Positions 63,923-64,000 of a DNA stretch of 64,000 nt are shown piece after piece. Location of the stretch: the NCBI GenBank assembly GCA_048128005.1, contig JBEUKZ010000105.1, positions 1 through 64,000 on the forward strand, read 5' to 3'. How positions within the stretch are numbered: the stretch's first letter is position 1; the number at the start of each line of letters is the position of its first letter. Below the pieces are notes generated by a model, which saw only the letters and a list, made by a program, of their open reading frames with translations, had not been told where the DNA came from and did not search any database. Made by a program: the position numbers and the translations under genes. Source of the stretch: Veleropilina oligotropha. Taxonomy: Eukaryota.

Positions 63923-64000
63923 GTCGGGTTAAAGTGTTAATTAACGTCTGGCAGGTCGGGTTAAACTGTTTATTAACGTCACGCACGTCGCGTTAAACAG

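Overview
AT-rich, intron-containing animal genomic DNA. It is probably a marine invertebrate or lophotrochozoan, inferred from the repeat types; the species cannot be determined. Two host genes are visible, both on the + strand. (1) The last 18 coding exons (2527-24899, 765 aa, every splice phase consistent) of a bacterial-type right-handed beta-helix, GH141-like protein ending in three copies of an unrecognised 4-Cys repeat. (2) The first two coding exons (48711-48947, 63785-63922) of a GABA-B-receptor-like class C GPCR. The rest is heavily nested mobile DNA: a DIRS retrotransposon inside a 2A-peptide-bearing LINE, two CR1 copies (one split by an L2/CR1-type LINE and sitting in a Helentron-like element), a Tc1 element, RTE fragments, tRNA-derived SINEs, MITEs and four main tandem arrays. 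Two less obvious patterns stand out. First, six sequence-divergent element families, two carrying Crypton-type tyrosine recombinase remnants, share a terminal hairpin with strand-specific CGAG/CGAG internal loops, and two have GCGAAGC or GCGAAAGC apices; this suggests a folded single-stranded recombination site. Second, exon 3' ends plus their splice donors are tandemly amplified at four separate exon-intron junctions.
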